Shown here in pieces: positions 33,802-42,321 of a DNA stretch of 61,485 nt. Below the pieces are notes generated by a model, which ran no database searches, had not been told where the DNA came from, and saw only the letters and a program-made list of their open reading frames with translations. Every line of letters starts with the position of its first letter. Positions within the stretch are counted from its first letter, which is position 1. The DNA is from a virus, in the IMG/VR virus record IMGVR_UViG_3300028031_000002, positions 1-61,485 of that record, one strand, 5' to 3'. Made by a program: the position numbers and the translations under genes.

Positions 33802-34130
33802 TATGTGTATTTACCTTTAAATTCATTGTAAGTTAATCCGAATACTCCAAATGGAGCTTGTTTTGATAGTCCTGCTTCTAACTTGTCATAGTAGGTACAA
33901 TCGGTACCGTATTCAAGCTTATCTTGTTCTAATTTAGCTCTAACCGTTGCTAACCGTACTCTTCTATAGTTCACCCTATTTCTATTGAACGCCCTTCTAG
34001 TGACCGATAAAGATGCTCTTGCTGCACCCGTTTTGATTGGTGTCCTCATTAAGATTTGATCAAATAAACCCTTTAAGTCTTTACTAGACTCGTTAAGAGC
34101 GTCATTATATACTTGTTCTATAACGTCCAT
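33801..34130 (-). CDS. HK97 gp10-like head-tail/tail completion protein
   Basis: RTPIKTGAARASL matches the aPvdTGxLrxS signature of that family. AAGGAG RBS. Confidence 0.6.
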   Translation of the reverse strand: MDVIEQVYNDALNESSKDLKGLFDQILMRTPIKTGAARASLSVTRRAFNRNRVNYRRVRLATVRAKLEQDKLEYGTDCTYYDKLEAGLSKQAPFGVFGLTYNEFKGKYT

Positions 34131-34313
34131 TTTTGCACTCCTTATACTTATATAAGTATGTCAGAAAATTCAATTGATAAAAAATAAAAGTTTAAAAAAG
34201 TGCTTTATTCGCTATTTTTAAACTTAATTTTTTAGTAAAAATGGCTTTTTTTTACTAATTTAGCTTTTTTTAAGCGGTTTTTTTAAAGTAAACAACACTA
34301 AAAATATTTTATT

Positions 34314-34541
34314 ATGTTTAATTTATCTGATTTCTTTGAAAGATTTCCAAAAACTCGTGACATTGACAATACATTATTCAAACTATTGGCAGTAAAGTTT
34401 GCATTTAAGGGTGAAAAAGATACAATAACTTTAAAAACCTCACAACTTGATACACTATGTAATCATGCGTTTAATTTAATACATGAACATAGACAAACAC
34501 ATTTATTCGCGGACTATTTATCTCACGAGGCGCACATATGA
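34314..34541 (+). CDS. hypothetical protein
   Basis: 75-aa ORF, ATGA-coupled to the next gene. Confidence 0.5.
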   Translation: MFNLSDFFERFPKTRDIDNTLFKLLAVKFAFKGEKDTITLKTSQLDTLCNHAFNLIHEHRQTHLFADYLSHEAHI

Positions 34542-35746
34542 TCTATAACGACACACAAAATACCTTTTATAAATTTAGCCCTATTTGGGCTATTATAGAC
34601 TATTTATTGACCAGTGATATTACGCCTATCAAAGCTAATATGATTGAGCATTTAAATATTAGTGCGGAACCAGACGCGGTCATAGATGCGCGATTACAAC
34701 ATTTATGGACACCTTACCAATACAGTAGTGCTGTAGTTAAGTTGATAAGTAACATATTTAGCACCGACGCATTAAAAATCACATCAGGTACGAAAATTGT
34801 TTCTATTGACACTTTATTGAACATTGATGGGCTACATAATAGCGCGTTAAGTAGTTTTAAGCGTGGAGCATATAGTTTCATTAATTATGGCGGCGTGGCA
34901 TCGGTTATAGTACCGAGAAATAATCAATTTATGCTTTATCAGCTAGATGGTAAGAACATTATAGACATATGTAAAAATAATATCGGTGTTATTGAGTTCA
35001 TTAAATGGAAATCAATTGAGAATCATTTTGATCCAAATGAAAAAACGCTGCATAGTAATGAGGTTATTTATGAGTACTATATTAAAGACAATAAGGTAAT
35101 TTTAGAAATTACCAATAATGGACAAGATGGCGTACAAACTATTACTGGAATAGGCGATAAAATACCCGTTGTAGGAGCTAATTTAATTTTTAACGACGAC
35201 ATTGTGTTTAGAGGTACTCCATATTTGTACACTTTGGCACTATCTTGTATAAAACTGTCAACTAATAGTGCCAATATTGATTATTTATTGGAAGAAGTTC
35301 TTCGACCACGATTAGTATACCAAGGCGCATCACCAATTAAAGCTATGAGTATGGGCGAAAACGCACGCCTACGCGGTATTAAAATTGGTACTATGGACAA
35401 GTTAAGTTTTCTTGAACATAGTGGTGGCTCCATTAATGCCGCAAGGGATCAATTAGAACGCTATTTAGTGGACATCCAAGGTATGACTGGTGTCAATAGT
35501 ACAAACTACAGCGGTCAAAATAAAAGTGCCTTTGAAGTAGCTCAAATCAAAGAAAACGAGGATACATTAAAAACCTTTGTTACCGATAGGCTATTAACGT
35601 ACTATATAGACGTACTTAAATTGGCTATGGAATTTCGTATTATTCCACCAATTGAAAATCTAATGATCACTTTTGAGCCAACTGGCTTTGAGTTATTTGA
35701 TCAAAATATGAACACTACAGTACCAAAAGGCAAAATTAAAAAATGA
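34538..35746 (+). CDS. putative portal protein
   Basis: The call rests on position (first large gene of the head operon, followed by a coiled-coil protein and the capsid gene) and on size (402 aa). No diagnostic motif. Confidence 0.5.
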   Translation: MIYNDTQNTFYKFSPIWAIIDYLLTSDITPIKANMIEHLNISAEPDAVIDARLQHLWTPYQYSSAVVKLISNIFSTDALKITSGTKIVSIDTLLNIDGLHNSALSSFKRGAYSFINYGGVASVIVPRNNQFMLYQLDGKNIIDICKNNIGVIEFIKWKSIENHFDPNEKTLHSNEVIYEYYIKDNKVILEITNNGQDGVQTITGIGDKIPVVGANLIFNDDIVFRGTPYLYTLALSCIKLSTNSANIDYLLEEVLRPRLVYQGASPIKAMSMGENARLRGIKIGTMDKLSFLEHSGGSINAARDQLERYLVDIQGMTGVNSTNYSGQNKSAFEVAQIKENEDTLKTFVTDRLLTYYIDVLKLAMEFRIIPPIENLMITFEPTGFELFDQNMNTTVPKGKIKK

Positions 35747-36369
35747 AAATAGCACTAGTTATAGCCAACACTTTATACGAAACTTTGGATGAGGCTACTA
35801 AAGCCTATTATGTATCTGTAAATGGTCGATACGAGCTTAATATCGCGCAGTCTTCTATTGTTGAACATCAAAGCATTAAAGAGATTATGCACCCGCTTGT
35901 TGAAGAACAATTACAATTAAAACAAGAACTTAATGAATCTACAAAAGAGCTAAAAAGTTCTAAAGAACTTACAGAAAATGCAATAAATGAGCTATCTGCT
36001 CTACAAATTCAGCAAAAAGAGCATTTAATAAGCGCAAAAATAGATGCCGTTTTAGCCGATTTAACGCTATCCGATGCGAAAAAAGAGGTTATGCAAGCCA
36101 TAATTAGCTCCGATGTTGACGCAATAAAGAGTAATAAAGATGTAAATATTGATCTTGAAATGTCTAATTTAAAGACAAAAATCGCCAATTTGGTTAAATT
36201 AAATCCGGATTTAGTTGATAAAACACCCTCGCTTAATGTCACAATTAGTAAAAAAGAACCTACAAAGGACATAAAAGAAGTGCAAAAAACAGATTTTAAT
36301 GTGCCTTTTAATGATTTAAATGAGATTAATTTTGATGATTACATGTCCGAGTTCTTTAATAAAGACTAA
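35743..36369 (+). CDS. putative scaffolding protein
   Basis: 208 aa, E/K/L-rich with coiled-coil character, between the portal candidate and the capsid gene. No prohead protease seen. Confidence 0.45.
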   Translation: MKIALVIANTLYETLDEATKAYYVSVNGRYELNIAQSSIVEHQSIKEIMHPLVEEQLQLKQELNESTKELKSSKELTENAINELSALQIQQKEHLISAKIDAVLADLTLSDAKKEVMQAIISSDVDAIKSNKDVNIDLEMSNLKTKIANLVKLNPDLVDKTPSLNVTISKKEPTKDIKEVQKTDFNVPFNDLNEINFDDYMSEFFNKD

Positions 36370-36479
36370 ATTAAACAAGGTTTATTTTTACAGGATGCTT
36401 TTTTTGCATATTATTTAAATATGAAGGGATACAAAAGTTTTCAAGGGATTGATTTTAATTTAACTTTAAGGAGTATGAA

Positions 36480-37130
36480 ATGGCTGAAGTAAACAATTAT
36501 GTTAATGATATAAGTGAGGCAGGTTATAACCCAAATCCTGAAGTATTCATTAATGAATCATTAGAAGCACTAGCGGTTGCCACTTTAGCAGCAATAACTC
36601 GCGGTGATGCAACAATTAGCGAACAATTTGGGAATATTACTACTCAATTACAAAATCAAATTGATTCCTTAGTTAATGACTCAGCTAGTGCAGAAAAGCT
36701 TAAAAGCTTAATTGAGTTAGTCAATTCATTAGATTTAAATACCGATGGTAGCATCGTCAATGACTTGTTAGCTATTAAATCCATTGCAGATAACGCATTA
36801 GAAATTGGTTCAGTTGCTGAGGCAAAAAGTGATGACGCATTAGAAAGAACTTTAGTGCTACGAGAAGACTTAATACAATATAAGTCCAATAATATAGCTA
36901 TTTTCGACTCTTTTAGAAGCTCTATTGCAACTTTAGAAAGTACTTTAAATGATATTTATTTAAAGATATTAGAAAAAACCTCTAAGCAAGATGTGTGGGA
37001 CTTAATCGGTACTAATAACAAACGTATTGAGGCCGGTTTTCGTGCTGGTGTAGCTGCATTTTCCGCAATTATGGCGGCTCCTATTTCATTAGACCCAAGT
37101 GAAACTGTAGTAGTCGGTGATGTGGTCTGA
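36480..37130 (+). CDS. hypothetical head-module protein (possibly extended by TGA read-through to 37286)
   Basis: 216-aa ORF with a TAAGGAG RBS, followed by 52 in-frame sense codons. Confidence 0.6.
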   Translation: MAEVNNYVNDISEAGYNPNPEVFINESLEALAVATLAAITRGDATISEQFGNITTQLQNQIDSLVNDSASAEKLKSLIELVNSLDLNTDGSIVNDLLAIKSIADNALEIGSVAEAKSDDALERTLVLREDLIQYKSNNIAIFDSFRSSIATLESTLNDIYLKILEKTSKQDVWDLIGTNNKRIEAGFRAGVAAFSAIMAAPISLDPSETVVVGDVV

Positions 37131-37289
37131 ACAGAGGATTACGCGGGAAACATTATTCTGTCTTCAACAGAAGACAGTGAAAGTGCAAATATAGTGCCAT
37201 TGGTTGACTTCAATGAAGTCCTATTTGCAAGTTCAGAAGAACTTAAAGTGTCTTTAGATAGTGTTGAGAGCGTTAAAGTTCTAATTTAA
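37131..37289 (+). other. in-frame open extension (52 sense codons) after the TGA of CDS 36480..37130
   Basis: Codon-by-codon reading shows no stop from 37131 until the TAA at 37287..37289. That TAA overlaps the next ATG (TAATG). Confidence 0.5.
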
Positions 37290-37666
37290 TGGCTATTTCA
37301 TTACTACCAAAACAAACCGTAGCAGTAACTTTTGATTGTACAATTTTCTTTGATAGACAGAAATTAAGTTCATCAAGAGTCACCGATGTGGTTTTTATAA
37401 TTAAGAAAAAGCAAATTGACACCGATAGAAATGCAGTCCTCACTAAAAGTTTACTTAATGGCTCTATATCCATCATTAGCCAAACTATGGTTTCTGTTCT
37501 ATTTGAACCAAATGACTTTAAAGTTTTAGAATGTGGTGAATCATATGTTTACGGATTAGGTTTCAAAGTACCTGAATTTGATCATTATGTTGAACCTATG
37601 ATTTTAGACCGTGAGGGCAAAAACGCCAATTTCATACACGTTGGTTATAATTTTATTAACAATTAA
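37289..37666 (+). CDS. hypothetical head-module protein
   Basis: 125-aa ORF immediately upstream of the capsid gene. Confidence 0.55.
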   Translation: MAISLLPKQTVAVTFDCTIFFDRQKLSSSRVTDVVFIIKKKQIDTDRNAVLTKSLLNGSISIISQTMVSVLFEPNDFKVLECGESYVYGLGFKVPEFDHYVEPMILDREGKNANFIHVGYNFINN

Positions 37667-37678
37667 AGGACAATTTAA

Positions 37679-38884
37679 ATGGCTACTTTCCATGGAAATT
37701 ACGCTAGTGTCATCCCACATCTATTGAAGGGATTTAGCAAAGCGTATCAACAACGAGTGAACTTACTGGCTACAGTAAACAATGATGCTGGCAGTATGCG
37801 AGCCGCAAAAGGCGAATTAATTAAAGTCAATTATGCTGAACCATTAAGTGTCACACCGGTTACACCATCACTTTCAACACCACCGGGTGAAACACCTTTA
37901 TTTTACGATAAGGCAATTCAATTACAGCATTGGGATCACGTAAGATTTCAGCTAGATGATCGTGTGGTTGCTGGTAAAGGCGGTATAGTTGACCAAATTC
38001 CGTCCGCAATTAGTCAAGCTGCTGATGCTTTGAGTGATACACTAAATGATCGTATTGTTGCAGAACTTAAAAATACCGGTAATGTTTTACTTACTACGAA
38101 CGCACCATTAAGCACATATCAAGATATTGTTGATGCTAACAAAGCATTGAGCTTTAAAGCACCGTCTACAGGACGGCTGGCGGTCTTTGGTCGTGAAACG
38201 GAAGCAATTATATTGACACAACCGCAATTTTTAACCCGTGATTTCCAAGCAGAATCAAAGACCATTAAAAAGGGTGTTATAGGACAACGTTTGGGATATG
38301 ACTTTATGCCCATAAATGTGTCTCGTGGCGTGGATCATTCTGTTAGGGTAGACGGTGTAGTAACTTCTGCGGTACCTGCTATTAAAGAAGGTAGAGATTA
38401 TGCCATCACAGTATCAGCAGCTCCTACAGGCGGCAAAGAGTTTCATGTTGGTGATATTTTATTGGTAGAAAAGTTTAATGGTGCTGCTACAGCGGGTAAT
38501 GATAATACATTAACTCTCGTGGTCTCTCAAGGTGCTACATTATCAGGCGGTACCGCACAAATAGAGGTTCGTGGCGGCGGTGCGTTTCAATATTTAGGCG
38601 TTAGTGGTACTTTTGAAGCTCGCGTATTAAAGATTCAAGACGAGGCTTTTATTTATAACCAGACCGCATTAACGTTTGTATCACGACCAGCAGCTCCATT
38701 AGGCTTTACTAGTACTAGCGGCACTGTATTTGATTCTGGTGCAAACATTTCGTACACCATGGAAGTCGAAAGAGCGCATAAAATAACTCTCTATGATATT
38801 TCCATACTGTACGGTCTTAGAACTATGATACCCGAATTTAGTGTACGCTCGGTGAAAATAGATTTGGCAGATAAGTTCATTTAA
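37679..38884 (+). CDS. major capsid protein (P22-coat-like)
   Basis: 401 aa. The N-terminal pattern (LLKGFSKAYQQRVNLLATVNND...AAKGELIKVNYAEP) resembles the P22 coat family. AAAGGA RBS and a strong terminator downstream. Confidence 0.75.
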   Translation: MATFHGNYASVIPHLLKGFSKAYQQRVNLLATVNNDAGSMRAAKGELIKVNYAEPLSVTPVTPSLSTPPGETPLFYDKAIQLQHWDHVRFQLDDRVVAGKGGIVDQIPSAISQAADALSDTLNDRIVAELKNTGNVLLTTNAPLSTYQDIVDANKALSFKAPSTGRLAVFGRETEAIILTQPQFLTRDFQAESKTIKKGVIGQRLGYDFMPINVSRGVDHSVRVDGVVTSAVPAIKEGRDYAITVSAAPTGGKEFHVGDILLVEKFNGAATAGNDNTLTLVVSQGATLSGGTAQIEVRGGGAFQYLGVSGTFEARVLKIQDEAFIYNQTALTFVSRPAAPLGFTSTSGTVFDSGANISYTMEVERAHKITLYDISILYGLRTMIPEFSVRSVKIDLADKFI

Positions 38885-38914
38885 AGAATTTCATTTATTG
38901 CCATTTTTGGTAAC

Positions 38915-38948
38915 AAAAGAAGGACTATAAATCCTTCTTTTGTTTCTT
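38915..38948 (+). terminator. intrinsic terminator after the major capsid gene
   Basis: aaaagaagga-ctataaa-tccttctttt followed by gtttctt. Confidence 0.75.
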
Positions 38949-38972
38949 ATTAGCACAACATTGGAACAAAGG

Positions 38973-39434
38973 ATGTTAGGCTTTATGTTAGTACAAAAAC
39001 AGCGTGTTTTAGTAGAACTTGATTTATATGGAATTAGAGATATAACTACAGTAGGACCCGTTATAGGTCTTGATGGATTAATCAAAGATGCCGCCCTTTT
39101 TATAACCTTTAATTTTGACTTTTTAGGTACTAAAACGGTGTCAACTAATCTTTATGCTTTTCCAAGGACGGGAATAAAAGATGTTTTAGATACCGAGATA
39201 CCAGAAGCCATACACGAGGCGCAATTGTTGTATATTCTTGCTGCTATGCGTGAATGCTCTATTAATGGTAAAGCTTTGCACTCATTTGGTTCTGGCGAAA
39301 ATGTGACAAGATTAGGCGAAACCTCGGAACACCGAAAAAATAGTAGCAACGTTTTGTTTTTAAATATGAACCAGATATTAGAGCAATATCTAACTACAAA
39401 AAACCCGTTTGAATTTATTTTAGAAGACACTTAA
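38973..39434 (+). CDS. putative head-tail connector protein
   Basis: Position after the capsid gene. The track start at 38940 lies in the terminator T tract. Start uncertain (38973 or 38985). Confidence 0.45.
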   Translation: MLGFMLVQKQRVLVELDLYGIRDITTVGPVIGLDGLIKDAALFITFNFDFLGTKTVSTNLYAFPRTGIKDVLDTEIPEAIHEAQLLYILAAMRECSINGKALHSFGSGENVTRLGETSEHRKNSSNVLFLNMNQILEQYLTTKNPFEFILEDT

Positions 39435-39438
39435 AATT

Positions 39439-39801
39439 ATGAAAATTGAACTTGTTAGTACCTTTGAAAGTAAAGTTAAATTATCTAAAGAAGCACGTGA
39501 GTTTGTCAACTTACCCTCTAATGTAAGTATATTATGTACGTATAAAGTCATTACGCCGGCTTTGATTGAGGAAATTGACAATATAAACACCGACACCGAA
39601 ATATCAACAGCACAACGATTATTACGATTAGTTGACTGTTTTGTTGTTGACATCAAAACCACTAAAAATGGTGTTACTGAAGAACTTGAAGCAGTGGATG
39701 GTATAAAAACATATGCAGGCGTAGAGTTTTTACATGTTGCGCCAATTCATTTTATAAATAGTGTTACAAATACTTTTTTTTTAAAGATGAGTGCATCATA
39801 A
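39439..39801 (+). CDS. hypothetical structural protein carrying the T_TTT_TTA site near its 3' end
   Basis: 120-aa ORF. Confidence 0.55.
   Translation: MKIELVSTFESKVKLSKEAREFVNLPSNVSILCTYKVITPALIEEIDNINTDTEISTAQRLLRLVDCFVVDIKTTKNGVTEELEAVDGIKTYAGVEFLHVAPIHFINSVTNTFFLKMSAS
39777..39783 (+). other. candidate -1 frameshift slippery heptamer T_TTT_TTA
   Basis: Lies in the zero frame of CDS 39439..39801, 16 nt before its stop. The -1 frame is open from 39762 to 40160. Confidence 0.4.
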
Positions 39802-40160
39802 TTGAACAATGCGTATTAGAAGCTTTAAAGTGCATAGATAAGTCATCACATAAAAGCGGTGCAGAAAAGGACCATCTATTGTCGGGTTTTATGCAACTTG
39901 GATTCTCCATGGAAGAAGCTGAGAAGAGAATAAAAGCACAAATTGGTGATAATAGTGATGACATAATCCAAATTTTATCAATTATTAATGCGGAATTTAA
40001 GTTTTTAATGCTACATGGACTTGATTTGTTGAAAGAGGGTACTATTGAATGGTCTTCTCTAAAAGTTAAGCTTGAGCTATTGCGCCCCGAAGTTGATTAT
40101 AGATTGTTATGCTATGTTTTTGAGGCTTACGCTCTTTATGCAAGGAACAAAAGTGATTAG
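39780..40160 (+). CDS. -1 frame ORF, expressed either by frameshift fusion to 39439.. or from the TTG at 39879
   Basis: The frame is open from 39762. No ATG before 39891. An AAGGA lies 7 nt before the TTG at 39879. Confidence 0.4.
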   Translation, partial: FKDECIIIEQCVLEALKCIDKSSHKSGAEKDHLLSGFMQLGFSMEEAEKRIKAQIGDNSDDIIQILSIINAEFKFLMLHGLDLLKEGTIEWSSLKVKLELLRPEVDYRLLCYVFEAYALYARNKSD

Positions 40161-40380
40161 TAAAATTAGTCTGTCTAACGGTTTATTTGAGCATCAAAAT
40201 GTGCGTTTTATTAAGTCCATTAACGATATTACAATATTACAATTATGCACCGACAGTATTAAATACGATTTATTATTGGGCGCAATTGTTGAGTATCAAT
40301 ATCAGCAATATAAAATTATCAAAGTACAGATAGGCACCGCATACACTAAACTAACTACATTAAACACTAGCTGTTTTTAG
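40138..40380 (+). CDS. hypothetical protein (start uncertain)
   Basis: 80-aa ORF overlapping the previous ORF by 23 nt. Its stop abuts repeat copy F6. Confidence 0.4.
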   Translation: MQGTKVISKISLSNGLFEHQNVRFIKSINDITILQLCTDSIKYDLLLGAIVEYQYQQYKIIKVQIGTAYTKLTTLNTSCF

Positions 40381-40556
40381 CTAGATGGTGATTCTTCGAC
40401 AGATGCTTATATATTATAGTCTTTGTCAGTAGAATGGGCTTTTACACCAACCGAGCTTTTAAAGCCCTTTGATAGTAACACTCTTGCATTACTATTGCTT
40501 TGATAAAACCAAAACTTCAAAAGTGCCTTTTTAGCCTTTAGACTCAATGAGTTACA
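40381..40556 (+). repeat. 176-bp intergenic element, copy F6
   Basis: Begins right after the TAG at 40378..40380. Its downstream extension to about 40615 is nearly identical to the extension of R6. Confidence 0.9.
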
Positions 40557-40649
40557 ACTTTAGCACTTTATTTGTTCTCATTTTTTAAATGGAACTTTGT
40601 AAAGTGTTGTTTTTATTGCATTAATACAGTTTTAAAAGGAAAATTTTTT

Positions 40650-41846
40650 ATGACTACTAGATTGACTAGCAACGCACTGGTTTTAGTTGGAACAGAAACA
40701 GTTCGTGGCGACGGTGCATCCACCTATGACGTACTTATCGCGGAACAGTCCACCTCATTACAGATTTCAAGTGAAACCACCGAAGCCACATATATAAACC
40801 CAAATTTTGGCGGTAAATATTTAATTCCAACTAAAAAAACAATAACCTGTAATCCAATGCTTTTGCCTTCAGGCATTAACAGTAACGGAGAGTCGGATAT
40901 TGCGCCGTTTTTAGAGGCTTCTAGCCTTCCTAAAATAGTTGGACATACTTTACTTTATGTTCCGGTAATACCTGAAAATAGCACCTCGACAGGCGCAGGA
41001 AGTGTTTTAGGAATTACAAAGGGTACTTTTTGTGATACATCTACACCTGTATCAGCGTCCAGTGAGTATGTTGTAGTCGCAGTCAATGATACATATTTAA
41101 TTTTAAAATCAAAGACAGCTATAATACCTAATATTGGTGATACATTGTTCTTTAGTGGTACACCTTCTACTAAAAAAACTAATGCACTTTCAGTTATCTT
41201 TGATAATGTCTTTGGTTTATCAAGCGATATTAGCACTATTAAAACCCTTAGCCTACAGTTTTTTTATGGTGACCTTATGTACCAAACTAATGGTGTGCAA
41301 GGCGGGTTAAATTGGGCTTTTGAAGAATTGCCAAAACTTACTTTTGAGGGCGAAGGGACATATGTTACCCCAGTAGATAATCAAACGCCGCCTGCAATCA
41401 CCAGCACAGTTTGTTCTTTACCGGTGCAATTAAAAAACCTTAAAGTCAACATCAATGGGCTAATTTTGAGCGATGTGGCATGTTTTGAAGCTTTGGAATT
41501 TAAGACTAATACCACTCAAGTTAAACCTACACTTCCAACCGAAAAATGCAATGGTTCTATCTTGACTGGTATTGAACCTTCTTTAATGCTCAAATTTTCG
41601 CAAGTTGATTTCGCTAAATTACCTATTTTCAGCGATTGGGAAAATGCCAATAAGTTCACTATTTGTATAACTTACGGCGACGATGTGATCGGCAAACGCT
41701 TCCTTATATCTGCTACAGATTGTAGCTTATCAGCTGCACCTGAGCAAGAAGACGTAAACGGTGTCCTTCACACTAATATGAATTTTAATGTTACTAAACC
41801 ATGTGGTACACCTCAGTTTAGTAGTGTAATTGTTGCCAACTTCTAA
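40650..41846 (+). CDS. putative major tail (tube) protein
   Basis: 398 aa from the ATG at 40650 (AAAGGA RBS). The role is guessed from its position as the first gene of the tail block. Confidence 0.5.
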   Translation: MTTRLTSNALVLVGTETVRGDGASTYDVLIAEQSTSLQISSETTEATYINPNFGGKYLIPTKKTITCNPMLLPSGINSNGESDIAPFLEASSLPKIVGHTLLYVPVIPENSTSTGAGSVLGITKGTFCDTSTPVSASSEYVVVAVNDTYLILKSKTAIIPNIGDTLFFSGTPSTKKTNALSVIFDNVFGLSSDISTIKTLSLQFFYGDLMYQTNGVQGGLNWAFEELPKLTFEGEGTYVTPVDNQTPPAITSTVCSLPVQLKNLKVNINGLILSDVACFEALEFKTNTTQVKPTLPTEKCNGSILTGIEPSLMLKFSQVDFAKLPIFSDWENANKFTICITYGDDVIGKRFLISATDCSLSAAPEQEDVNGVLHTNMNFNVTKPCGTPQFSSVIVANF

Positions 41847-41919
41847 TTTTATAACCAATTAAAGTTGCATATTCTGTGGCTTTGATTGGCGGATTTTGAA
41901 CTTTTCAAATAGGTATTTT

Positions 41920-42321
41920 ATGGTGAACTCATTTTCCGCAAAAATTAATGCGGAATATTTACAGTTTCTGCAACTTTTTGCTAATAACATTGTTATCAAT
42001 GCGATAAGAGTCATTTTTGGATATTATGACAGCACTGTTGATGCAACTAACGGTGACCGCATTATAGTTTCCACATCGTTTCCATCTATTGATAATAGTA
42101 ACATACATTGTAAACGCTTTGTGGGGCATATTAGTACTAGCTTTGCGCTTAGAATGTGCATTAAAACTAATCCAAATGGTGAACTATTACATGAACTACT
42201 TTCACTACTAAAAACTAAAACAGAATACTCTAATATGTTCACTGGTGAAGCTTATACAGACCATAAGTATTCCTATACGATAATTCATGCGACAAAAATA
42301 ATTTCTTTAGAGGTGTTATAA
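41920..42321 (+). CDS. hypothetical tail-module protein
   Basis: The ATG at 41920 with an AGGT RBS is preferred to the track TTG at 41896. Confidence 0.5.
   Translation: MVNSFSAKINAEYLQFLQLFANNIVINAIRVIFGYYDSTVDATNGDRIIVSTSFPSIDNSNIHCKRFVGHISTSFALRMCIKTNPNGELLHELLSLLKTKTEYSNMFTGEAYTDHKYSYTIIHATKIISLEVL

Noticed and set aside
37120-37194. Alternative small ORF ATG 37120..37194 (24 aa) as an explanation for the gap after 36480..37130
   Set aside because: It is only 24 codons, in a different frame that ends long before the next gene, and it has no RBS. It does not explain the 52-codon open frame that ends exactly at the next ATG.
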